Shown in pieces: positions 1-10,395 of a stretch of DNA of 64,000 nucleotides (positions within the stretch are counted from its first letter, which is position 1; each line of letters begins with the position of its first letter). The notes beneath the pieces are model-generated. The model ran no database searches, was not told the origin of the DNA, and saw only the letters and a list, made by a program, of their open reading frames with translations. The stretch is from Macrostomum hystrix (Eukaryota > Animalia > Platyhelminthes). The stretch is from contig CATNEN010000025.1 in the NCBI GenBank assembly GCA_950097015.1, positions 4,278,001-4,342,000 of the forward strand, in the 5' to 3' direction. Both the position numbers and the translations under genes were made by a program.

Positions 1-290
1 CAATGTTTCCGATTGTAGCGATCGATGACTGCCCATCCTCGGTGCTAATCTCCAGCAGACCATTGCCGATTCGCAATAGATTGGCAGAGAACTCATGAGC
101 TGTTTCGTCTCCTTGAATTGTAGCTCTCATGTTTGTTCGTAGATGCAACTTCACAACAGATGGCCACAGGTGAGATGATTTTAGGCAAGCATTAATCTCA
201 TCAGCAGGAGTGCCACGCGGAATCACAGGCAGCGTCTGTCTAAAGTCTCCAGACAGCAGCAGAGTGACACCACCCATCAGTTGATCGCCA
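1..290 (-). mobile_element. PIF1-family helicase fragment, Helitron RepHel type; 5'-truncated, frame runs off the left edge
   Basis: My translation of the minus strand: DQLMGGVTLLLSGDFRQTLPVIPRGTPADEINACLKSSHLWPSVVKLHLRTNMRA...EFSANLLRIGNG. This matches the GDFRQ-LPV, L-NMR and LL-IG-G motifs of Helitron PIF1 helicases. Similarity is lost upstream of ~290. Confidence 0.85.
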
Positions 291-708
291 GCCTCTCTCT
301 TTCTTCTATCCCAGGCTGGCTGGAGAGAAATATAGACCGGAGAGCCCTGCGCACTGGGACGCCACCGCACTCACCGCACTCAGTCTCAGTGCTGCTTGGG
401 GGCCAGTAGACAGTCTAGGGGTTTGGGCTGTGTACATTCACGGCTTGAAATACAATGTACAGTCTAGGGCTTCGGCGCCCGGGAAAGGGAGGGGGTGGCT
501 GTAATAAAATTTGGCCCGCAGAGTGGCGGAGGGGAGTTGGGGTGGCTGTCCTCGGAAAACAAAAAGTGACTCACTTTGAGATGATGCAGCTTTGCTCTGG
601 ATTGAGTAGAGACTAGCAAGATTTGCCCCCCTTCGGGGAGCAGAAATACTTTTAATTCGTCTAGTATAGACTTTTTAGAAGCTGAATTTACAGCTTTTTA
701 AAGCTACT

Positions 709-1812
709 ATGAACCCCCAGTTGACAATGATCCCCCAGTTGACAATGATCCCCCAGTTGACAATGATCCCCCAGTTGACAATGAACCCCCAGTTGACAAT
801 GAACCCCCAGTTGACAATGATCCCCCAGTTGACAATGATCCCCCAGTTCACAATGATCCCCCAGTTGATGATGATCCCCCAGTTGATGATGATCCCCCAG
901 TTGAGAATGATCCCCCAGTTGACAATGATCCCCCAGTTGAGAATGATCCCCCAGTTAACAATGATCCCCCAGTTAACAAAGATCCCCCAATTCACAATGA
1001 TCCCCCAGTTGATGAAGTCTCCCTATTGATGATGATCCCCAGTTAACAATGTTCCTCCAGTTGACAATGTTCCCCCAGTTATCAATGATCCCCCAGTTGA
1101 TGATGATCACCCAGTTGACAATGATCCCACAGTTGACAATGATCCCCCAGTTGACAATGATCCCCCAGTTGACAATGATCCCCCAGTTGATGATGATCCC
1201 CCAGTTGAAAATGATCCCCCAGTTGAAAATGATCCCCCAGTTGACAATGATCCCCCAGTTGAGAATGATCCCCCAGTTGACAATGATCCCCCAGTTAACA
1301 AAGATCCCCCAGTTCACAATGATCCCCCAGTTGATGAAGTCTCCCCATTGATGATGATCCCTAGTTAACAATGTTCCTCCAGTTGACAATGATCCCCCAG
1401 TTGACAATGATCCCCCAGTTGATGATGATCACCCAGTTGACAATGATACCCCAGTTGACAATGATCCCCCAGTTGACAATGATCCCACAGTTGACAATGA
1501 TCCCGCCGGTTGACAATGATACCACAGTTGACAATGAACCCCCAGTTGACAATGATCCCCTAGTTGATGATGATCCCCCAGTTGACAATGATCCCCCAGT
1601 TGACAATGATCCCCAGTTGACAATGAACCCCCAGTTGACAACGATCCCCCAGTTGACAATGATCTCCCAGTTGACAATGATCCCCCAGTTGACAATTATC
1701 CCACAGTTGACAATGATCCCCCAGTTGACAAAGATCCCCCTGTTCACAATGATCCCCCAGTTGACAAAGATCCCCCAGTTCACAATGATCCCCGAGTTGA
1801 CCATGATCCCCC
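709..1812. repeat. 18-bp satellite (CCCCAGTTGACAATGATC)n, left part of an array split by an insertion
   Basis: Directly visible. It accounts for the NWGIIV/MIPQLT ORFs. 1371-1812 is nearly identical to 11503-11944. Confidence 0.97.
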
Positions 1813-1816
1813 TATA

Positions 1817-1831
1817 GGTAGGCGAATGACG
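1817..1831 (+). repeat. Left terminal inverted arm GGTAGGCGAATGACG of the YR element
   Basis: 14/15 match to the reverse complement of 11444-11458. Confidence 0.85.
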
Positions 1832-3402
1832 TTTTTTTGGAAATCTGACGTCCTGGCTGCGTAACTTGACGTCATATTTCATAATTTTCGCAATAGCGTC
1901 AGATTTTGCATCAGAATTGCGTCAGATTTTGCGTGATGAAATCTGACGCGTCATGAAATTGAATAAAAAGTAAGTTAAAATGATTGTTTTGATATGCGCT
2001 AGAATTTAGTACAGTATTAAGTTCCTATAAGTAAATACAGCCACGTTATTCAGGGTGAGAAATGTGACGCGTGCAATGAAAAATGACGCGAGTTACGCTG
2101 AATGACTCGAAAATTAAAACAAAATCACGCGCAATTTTAAATCGCCAATTGTTGCGACTTGCGAAGCTGTTGCAAATATTATTGTGTTATTTGAAACTAG
2201 TTGTTCGTTTGTTGGACTACAAAATGTACAGTGCGCTAAGAAGCTTTAGAATTTGAGGAGATCAAGTTTTAATTGATTTTGCAATTTATTTGAATGACAC
2301 TAAATAATATAGATAGTATGTATAAATTAATACATACCTGTGCTGTATATTCCTGTATACTCATACTGTCAAATGTGTTGAGCCAATGTAATTAAGAGAT
2401 ACATATTTACTCTTTATTTACTAAATGGAAACTCAATTATCCAAGATTGATTTGTAGGCAGGCGTTTGGTCACATGCCAATCTATTTTACTGTAGGCCTA
2501 CTTTTGTATGTTAGGCCTATGTATGCCATGTCTATGCTATTGTAAAGTGAAGATATCTGCAAAGCCAAAGATTTATTATGTTTAAGTCTAACTAGGTAGC
2601 TATATAGTAAGATGGTCAAAGCTTATCTTATATTCTTATATTATCCATCTTGTATTATTGATGTTGAGATAATAAATATAAGAATAAGTGATATAAGATA
2701 TTGACCATCTTATATTAAGATAGTCAACATTATCCTAACTATTGACTAATACTAAACTCAATATCTGTATCCTATGGCAACATAGTATATAATTACTAGA
2801 GATGGAATGAATAGTTTATGAAAATGAATACAAAAAATGGAATATTTAGGTTCATATTTTCCAAATACAATACAAATACAAATATGAAATAGTATCACTG
2901 TCAACTGTCAACAATTATATACAATAACTCATTTATATAATACTCATATCATATACTATATCACCTATTATGCTAGCAAACTGCTTTGTGAAAAGTTTAG
3001 GTATAGCCTAAATATATAAGACATAGAGATATAGCACAAAAATACTTATATCATGCTACTGATTATATAATCATATGATCAGTTACATGTCAATGCTATT
3101 TTCCACTCTAGTCTCAACATGCCTTATAGTCTTGTACACCTAAGTGACCCAACTAAATTCCTTTCTTTTGGGATAATTCACCATGTGAACTATTCATTTT
3201 TGTTAAAACAGATATCTTACATAATTCCTAATACCAAATATAGATACAAATTGGAAAAATAGGCAGATATCAGAATACTGGAATATAGAATATCAAATAT
3301 TTGTTCCATCTTTGATAATTACTCTGTTATATCTCTTTTTTGTATTCCATTTGTGACTTAGTTTTTAGATTATATTAAATTTTCATCTAGATAAATTATA
3401 GA

Positions 3403-6400
3403 ATGCTTCTAAAAATATTGCCCAACTTTGCTCAACATAAATCCCTAAACTTTTTGTTAGGCCTTTGTTTAAAGCTTAATTTTAATAAAGATTTACAGTA
3501 TTTGTTAAATATAGGGTCTTTATATAGTATATATATAGCTTGCTTAAAAATATACATTTTCAGGTTGACTTCTATGTTGGCTGCTGGTAATAGCCAGCAT
3601 GCTCCACAGTCCAGTGAGCCTACCACTGGGACTTGTGTGCCTCAACTTCCAAGCAAATTGATTTCTTTGTCAGATGCAAGCATTGATATTGGCCAGCATG
3701 CTCCACAGTCCAGTGAGCCTACCACTGGGACTTGTGTGCCTCAACTTCCAAGCAAATTAAGTTCTTTGTCAGATGCAAGCATTGGTATTGGCCAGCATGC
3801 TCCACAGTCCAGTGAGCCTACCACTGGGACTTGTGTGCCTCAAGTTCCAAGCAAATTAAGTTCTTTGTCAGATGCAAGCATTGGTATTGGCCAGCATGCT
3901 CCACAGTCCAGTGAGCCTACCACTGGGACTTGTGTGCCTCAACTTCCAAGCAAATTGATTTCTTTGTCAGATGCAAGCATTGATATTGGCCAGCATGCTC
4001 CACAGTCCAGTGAGCCTACCACTGGGACTTGTGTGCCTCAACTTCCAAGCAAATTAAGTTCTTTGTCAGATGCAAGCATTGATATTGGCCAGCATGCTCC
4101 ACAGTCCAGTGAGCCTACCACTGGGACTTGTGTGCCTCAACTTCCAAGCAAATTAAGTTCTTTGTCAGATGCAAGCATTGATATTGGCCAGCATGCTCCA
4201 CAGTCCAGTGAGCCTACCACTGGGACTTGTGTGCCTCAACTTCCAAGCAAATTAAGTTCTTTGTCAGATGCAAGCATTGGTATTGGCCAGCATGCTCCAC
4301 AGTCCAGTGAGCCTACCACTGGGACTTGTGTGCCTCAACTTCCAAGCAAATTAAGTTCTTTGTCAGATGCAAGCATTGGTATTGGCCAGCATGCTCCACA
4401 GTCCAGTGAGCCTACCACTGGGACTTGTGTGCCTCAACTTCCAAGCAAATTAAGTTCTTTGTCAGATGCAAGCATTGGTATTGGCCAGCATGCTCCACAG
4501 TCCAGTGAGCCTACCACTGGGACTTGTGTGCCTCAAGTTCCAAGCAAATTAAGTTCTTTGTCAGATGCAAGCATTGGTATTGGCCAGCATGCTCCACAGT
4601 CCAGTGAGCCTACCACTGGGACTTGTGTGCCTCAACTTCCAAGCAAATTGATTTCTTTGTCAGATGCAAGCATTGATATTGGCCAGCATGCTCCACAGTC
4701 CAGTGAGCCTACCACTGGGACTTGTGTGCCTCAACTTCCAAGCAAATTAAGTTCTTTGTCAGATGCAAGCATTGGTATTGGCCAGCATGCTCCACAGTCC
4801 AGTGAGCCTACCACTGGTTCTTGTGTGCCTCAACTTCCAAGCAAATTAAGTTCTTTGTCAGATGCAAGCATTGGTATTGGCCAGCATGCTCCACAGTCCA
4901 GTGAGCCTACATTTAATGAGAATGACCAGCTTATTTCAAAGTTTCAAGGCAAAATTCATCAGGATTCACTTGCACAGGCTTCAGATGCATTAGCAATTGA
5001 CTTGCTCAATGAACTTAATTCTGCTTGCTATGTCTTGGGCACACATGCAGGCTCAGCATCTGATTGTTCCATCGCCACAAACAATGGAGCTGATGAAAAT
5101 TTTCTTTCCATGCTAGAAAGTGCCAATGAATGTCTGGCTGGTCATGTTGAATCTGCAAGTGAAGAACCTGACTTACATCAGGTTCCAGTTTTATCCGATC
5201 TAAATGGCTCTTCTAATCGCGGTTGCAGTTATGTGTGCTACTTGGATCCAAATCATATTATCAACCAATCAAGAATTGCTGAACATTTTGAAAGGCACCA
5301 CTTTGGAGAAAACATGATAAAGAGTAGTAGTGAAATTCGCCAAGAGCTATATCGGCACAACAAAGTTTTCATTCAGTCTGCTTCAATGGCTACATCAAAA
5401 ATGGCACATGTGGTTGAAGAGCCAGTTAAGCAAGCTCGTGAAAGGCAAGGAAGTGATTTCATTTGCCCCTTTGATCAGTCGCATCGAATTTCAAAGTCTC
5501 GGTTTACTGAACATTTTCAACGTCGCCATATGGGTGAATTTGTTCCAAGTGAGCGAAAGAAGGCCATTGAGTTGGCTAAAGCGTTGACCAGTGAGCAAGC
5601 AGAAGCTCCAAGCTCATCAAATGGCGACTGTCCACTTTGCCATCTACCATTTGCTTATATGGTAAGCCATCTTCGATTTTGGCATGAACTCCAAATCTCA
5701 GATGCACACGAATTGCTAAAAGAAGAAAAGAAAAAAGTAGTCATTAAGCAAGTCCAAGAAAGTTGGGAAGAAAAAGCTAAGAAAAAAGAAGCCCTGAAGC
5801 CTGTAACTGTCAAGCCAACTAGCACGCCAGCCACTGTGCCAACTTTAACAGACTTTGAAGCAAACTTACGAACTTATTTAGGTACGAAGAAGGCTGAAAG
5901 CACATCCCAGCAGATGAGACAAGCTTTGCGTGCTATCATGAACTATATCCAGACTGACAACCTAATAGATGTTATCACTGAATCAAATCGAAGTGCTATT
6001 ACTGCTTTCTTGACTGAGAAGAGTGATAAATTTGCTGATGCATGCAAGCCATATGTTGCGGCATTAGTTCGTCTGGGCGAGTATTTAAAGACGAAGTTCA
6101 ATAAACTAATTACTGAATTGGAACTGACTGCCGAATTGGACTCTTTTAAAATAGCTAGCGCTTGCTATGGAAAGTCTCGTAACCAAGACAAAAAGCGTGC
6201 AGAAATAGCTCGACGGCTCAAATTAGATCGATTCATACTTCATTCAGATGAACTCCAGGCAGTATTTAATGTGATACAAGAGTTTAAAGCCAAAGCTGAG
6301 GACGATCTTGACTCTGAAGAGTGTGTAATATTTCTAGGCTTGAATTTTACCATTTCTCCACAAGGCGCAAATCGTCCTGATGTAGTTTCGAAAGCAAAAG

Positions 6401-7485
6401 TTAGCGAATTTCTGCAGTGGAAGAATGACATTAACATGGATCCTGCCGCATTCTTTGAAGTTCACGAGCACAAGACAGCAGAAGATGGTCCTGTTTTTAT
6501 CTATGCTGCTGACATAAAGGATCTTCTACTTTCGTATGGAGAACATAGGCTTGAGTCTGGTGCGAAGCCGAATGAAAATTTTTTTCTGTTTAAGGCAAGG
6601 AATCACTCGTTTGCAACCTTCCTGCGAGAAAAGAGACGGAAATTCCCGTCACTTCTTGCACTAAGCCGAATATCTCCGAACATAGTTCGGCATGTCTTCG
6701 AAACTAAAAGCCGAGAGGTGAATGACAATGACACGCAACATTTAGTCAACCGTGCTTTGAATCATTCACATGCTACTGCTACAAAGTCGTACATGGCAAG
6801 TACCCAAACACATGCCCGAGCAGCTAGTAAAGCTCTTCAGAACACTATCAGTCATTTTCTCAAGCGAGATGCTGCCAGCTCAAGCGAAACTACTGACCAA
6901 GATCTGCAGAGCACCAGCAGTCAAGTTCTCCAACGAGGTTCAGCCAGCTCAAAGCGAGATACTGCCGGCTCAAAGCGAGATGCTGGCAGCTCAAAGCGAG
7001 ATGCTGCCAGCTCAAAGCGAGATGCTGCCAGCTCAAAGCGAGATGCTGCCAGCTCAAAGCGAGATGCTGCCAGCTCAAGCGAAGCTACTGACAAAGATCT
7101 GCAGAGCACCAGTAGTCAAGTTCTCCAACGAGGTTCATCCGGCTCAAATCGAGATGCTGCCAGCTCAGGAAAAGCTAACAGAGCTAGCGCCCCAAAGCCG
7201 TCGAAATTGCCACGAAATTTCGGAATTGTTGATCTTGATGACGACTCTGATGCTCTTAGTGCCTTTACTGAAGCTAAAAAGCATCCCAGCAAAGAAGACA
7301 CGCATCCAAACACGAAATTTCATGTTGTCACTTTTAATAAGCCAATGGCGGAAAAAAGACGTGCTTCTGATGATAAAAAAGAAAGTAATACGAAGAGTCA
7401 TATAAAAAAAAAGCAGGCGACTGCAACACGAAAAGCTGTGCGAGTCGTACGACTGTGGCGACATTGTATGTGCCAAGTACTCTAA
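3403..7485 (+). CDS. Tyrosine recombinase/integrase with 33-aa repeats, two CHHC-like fingers and a C2H2 finger; probable real start ATG 3574
   Basis: YR motifs: R in GANRPDVV (6373), K in HKT (6472), N-I-V-R-H box (R 6688), H in LNHS (6763), Y in TATKSY (6790). Fingers: CYLDPNH...HFERHH (5236), CPFDQSH...HFQRRH (5464), CPLC...HLRFWH (5629). The first ~55 codons look like AT-rich intron ending at the TTTTCAG acceptor at 3563. Confidence 0.8.
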   Translation: MLLKILPNFAQHKSLNFLLGLCLKLNFNKDLQYLLNIGSLYSIYIACLKIYIFRLTSMLAAGNSQHAPQSSEPTTGTCVPQLPSKLISLSDASIDIGQHAPQSSEPTTGTCVPQLPSKLSSLSDASIGIGQHAPQSSEPTTGTCVPQVPSKLSSLSDASIGIGQHAPQSSEPTTGTCVPQLPSKLISLSDASIDIGQHAPQSSEPTTGTCVPQLPSKLSSLSDASIDIGQHAPQSSEPTTGTCVPQLPSKLSSLSDASIDIGQHAPQSSEPTTGTCVPQLPSKLSSLSDASIGIGQHAPQSSEPTTGTCVPQLPSKLSSLSDASIGIGQHAPQSSEPTTGTCVPQLPSKLSSLSDASIGIGQHAPQSSEPTTGTCVPQVPSKLSSLSDASIGIGQHAPQSSEPTTGTCVPQLPSKLISLSDASIDIGQHAPQSSEPTTGTCVPQLPSKLSSLSDASIGIGQHAPQSSEPTTGSCVPQLPSKLSSLSDASIGIGQHAPQSSEPTFNENDQLISKFQGKIHQDSLAQASDALAIDLLNELNSACYVLGTHAGSASDCSIATNNGADENFLSMLESANECLAGHVESASEEPDLHQVPVLSDLNGSSNRGCSYVCYLDPNHIINQSRIAEHFERHHFGENMIKSSSEIRQELYRHNKVFIQSASMATSKMAHVVEEPVKQARERQGSDFICPFDQSHRISKSRFTEHFQRRHMGEFVPSERKKAIELAKALTSEQAEAPSSSNGDCPLCHLPFAYMVSHLRFWHELQISDAHELLKEEKKKVVIKQVQESWEEKAKKKEALKPVTVKPTSTPATVPTLTDFEANLRTYLGTKKAESTSQQMRQALRAIMNYIQTDNLIDVITESNRSAITAFLTEKSDKFADACKPYVAALVRLGEYLKTKFNKLITELELTAELDSFKIASACYGKSRNQDKKRAEIARRLKLDRFILHSDELQAVFNVIQEFKAKAEDDLDSEECVIFLGLNFTISPQGANRPDVVSKAKVSEFLQWKNDINMDPAAFFEVHEHKTAEDGPVFIYAADIKDLLLSYGEHRLESGAKPNENFFLFKARNHSFATFLREKRRKFPSLLALSRISPNIVRHVFETKSREVNDNDTQHLVNRALNHSHATATKSYMASTQTHARAASKALQNTISHFLKRDAASSSETTDQDLQSTSSQVLQRGSASSKRDTAGSKRDAGSSKRDAASSKRDAASSKRDAASSKRDAASSSEATDKDLQSTSSQVLQRGSSGSNRDAASSGKANRASAPKPSKLPRNFGIVDLDDDSDALSAFTEAKKHPSKEDTHPNTKFHVVTFNKPMAEKRRASDDKKESNTKSHIKKKQATATRKAVRVVRLWRHCMCQVL
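3595..4909 (+). repeat. 99-bp coding tandem repeat, ~13.3 copies (33 aa QHAPQSSEPTTGTCVPQLPSKLSSLSDASIGIG)
   Basis: Directly visible; copies near-identical and in frame. Confidence 0.97.
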
Positions 7486-7735
7486 CTATCCCTTCTGGCC
7501 TGCAATGATCTGCAACGATCCACGAAGCAACAGTCACTTCCGGCAACAAGAGCTGCATGTGCAGTTCTTTGAAAGTCCACCTACTCGTATGTGGATCAAG
7601 CTTGGAAATGTTAAGCCATTTGATTCATCTGACAGGCCACAGCAGGCTGATTCAGAGCTACTCGCTGCATTCACAACCGCTTACGAAGCTACACTGTTCC
7701 TTCCCGATGAACGACTGAATCGCTATCTTGTTTAG
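7406..7735 (+). CDS. PWWP domain in the +1 frame relative to the YR ORF; probably its true C-terminus
   Basis: Frame after the A9 run (7404-7412) reads KKSRRLQHEKLCESYDCGDIVCAKYSNYPFWPAMICNDP...LHVQFFESPPTRMWIKLGNVKPF...RYLV*. This fits the GD-V-AK---YP-WPA and HVQFF signatures of PWWP domains. Confidence 0.85.
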   Translation, partial: KKSRRLQHEKLCESYDCGDIVCAKYSNYPFWPAMICNDPRSNSHFRQQELHVQFFESPPTRMWIKLGNVKPFDSSDRPQQADSELLAAFTTAYEATLFLPDERLNRYLV

Positions 7736-7779
7736 AACCTCCTGCGCGCAATTTTTCTAAGCTTTCTTAGGAAAACCGG

Positions 7780-10395
7780 GCATTAAGATGCGAGTATTTA
7801 CTTTTTGTCAATAATGAAGCGCTGTAATTCAGCCATATTTGGCGCATTTAATGTTTCGTTCAATGTGTTTTTTTTCAACCATTTTTATGCGCAACTCGCT
7901 TCCTATGCTACAGCTCAATCTTCATCAGTGCCGCATTAAACAGCGACTCAGAGTTGGGTTTTCACTCACTATATTACTTTCCAGTAGAATGAAAGAAAAT
8001 TCGCTTCTAAATTGTCACATGAATCTAATTTTCCATAGCCCACATCTGAGGCGTCATTTTTATAAACATGCAGTAGTTTTCCATAGCCCACATCTGACGC
8101 GTCATTTTTCTAAACATCGTAAGTGAAACCTTGCTCTGATCGCGGGCATTGAGATACTTATTTTTTGTCAATAATGAAGCGCTGTAATTCAGCCATATTT
8201 GGCGCATTTAATGTTTCGTTCATTGTGCTATTTTTCAACCATTTTTATGCGCAACTCGCTTCCTATGCTACAGCTCAATCTTCATCAGTGCCGCATTAAA
8301 CAGCGACTCAGAGTTGGGTTTTCACTCACTATATTACTTTGCAGTAGAATGAAAGAAAATTCGCTTCTAAATTGTCACATGAATCTAATTTTCCATAGCC
8401 CACATCTGAGGCGTCATTTTTATAAACATGCAGTAGTTTTCCATAGCCCACATCTGACGCGTCATTTTTCTAAACATCGTAAGTGAAACCTTGCTCTGAT
8501 CGCGGGCATTGAGATACTTATTTTTTGTCAATAATGAAGCGCTGTTATTTAGCCATATTTGGCGCATTTAATTTTTCGTTCATTGTGCTATTTTTCAACC
8601 ATTTTTATGCGCAACTCGCTTCCTACGCTACAGCTCAATCTTCATCAGTGCCGCATAAAACAGCGACTCAGAGTTGGGTTTTCACTCACTATATTACTTT
8701 CCAGTAGAATAAAAGAAAATTCGCTTCTAAATTGTCACATGAATCTAATTTTCCATAGCCCACATCTGAGGCGTCATTTTTATAAACACGCAGTAGTTTT
8801 CCATAGCCCACATCTGACGCGTCATTTTTCTAAACACACAGTAGTTTTCCATAGCTCACAGCTGACGCGTCATTTTTATAAACACGCAGTAGTTTTCCAT
8901 AGCCCACATCTGACGCGTCATTTTTATAAACACGCAGTAGTTTTCCATAGCCCACATCTGACGCGTCATTTTTCTAAACACACAGTAGTTTTCCATAGCC
9001 CACAGCTGACGCGTCATTTTTCTGAACACGCAGTAGTTTTCCATAGCCCACATCTGACGCGTCATTTTTCTAAACATGCAGTAGTTTTCCATAGCCCACA
9101 GCTGACGCGTCATTTTTCTAAACACACAGTAGTTTTCCATAGCCCACATCTGACGCGTCATTTTTATAAACATCGTAAGTGAAACCTTGCTCTGATCGCG
9201 GGCATTGAGATACTTATTTTTTGTCAATAATGAAGCGCTGTAATTCAGCCATATTTGGCGCATTTAATGTTTCGTTCATTGTGCTATTTTTCAACCATTT
9301 TTATGCGCAACTCGCTTCCTATGCTAGAGCTCAATCTTCATCAGTGCCGCATTAAACAGCGACTCAGAGTTGGGTTTTCACTCACTATATTACTTTGCAG
9401 TAGAATGAAAGAAAATTCGCTTCTAAATTGTCACATGAATCTAATTTTCCATAGCCCACATCTGACGCGTCATTTTTCTAAACACACAGTAGTTTTCCAT
9501 AGCCCACATCTGACGCGTCATTTTTCTAAACACACAGTAGTTTTCCATAGCCCACAGCTGACGCGTCATTTTTCTAAACACGCAGTAGTTTTCCATAGCC
9601 CACATCTGACGCGTCATTTTTCTAAACATCGTAAGTGAAACCTTGCTCTGATCGCGGGCATTGAGATACTTATTTTTTGTCAATAATGAAGCGCTGTAAT
9701 TCAGCCATATTTGGCGCATTTAATGTTTCGTTCAATGTGTTTTTTTTCAACCATTTTTATGCGCAACTCGCTTCCTACGCTACAGCTCAATCTTCATCAG
9801 TGCCGCATTAAACAGCGACTCAGAGTTGGGTTTTCACTCACTATATTACTTTCCAGTAGAATGAAAGAAAATTCGCTTCTAAATTGTCACATGAATCTAA
9901 TTTTCCATAGCCCACATCTGAGGCGTCATTTTTCTAAACACACAGTAGTTTTCCATAGCCCACATCTGACGCGTCATTTTTCTAAACACACAGTAGTTTT
10001 CCATAGCCCACATCTGACGCGTCATTTTTCTAAACACACAGTAGTTTTCCATAGCCCACAGCTGACGCGTCATTTTTCTAAACACACAGTAGTTTTCCAT
10101 AGCCCACAGCTGACGCGTCATTTTTCTAAACACGCAGTAGTTTTCCATAGCCCACATCTGACGCGTCATTTTTCTAAACATCGTAAGTGAAACCTTGCTC
10201 TGATCGCGGGCATTGAGATACTTATTTTTTGTCAATAATGAAGCGCTGTAATTCAGCCATATTTGGCGCATTTAATTTTTCGTTCATTGTGCTATTTTTC
10301 AACCATTTTTATGCGCAACTCGCTTCCTATGCTACAGCTCAATCTTCATCAGTGCCGCATTAAACAGCGACTCAGAGTTGGGGTTTTCACTCTCT
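7780..10395. repeat. Nested tandem array inside the YR element: ~264-bp spacer plus a variable number (2,2,9,4,6) of 48-bp units, each with a TGACGCGTCA palindrome or a single-base variant
   Basis: Equivalent positions at 7839, 8199, 8559, 9255, 9711 and ~10263 give spacings 360, 360, 696, 456, 552 = 360 + n x 48. Confidence 0.95.

Noticed and set aside
7839-10271. Repeated 60-207-aa ORFs (MAHLMFRS..., MRQIWLN...)
   Set aside because: Derived from the nested repeat, with non-ATG starts and no recognisable domain; probably non-coding.
7780-10395. CRISPR-like repeat/spacer array
   Set aside because: The spacers are identical to one another rather than unique, the context is eukaryotic, and there are no cas genes.
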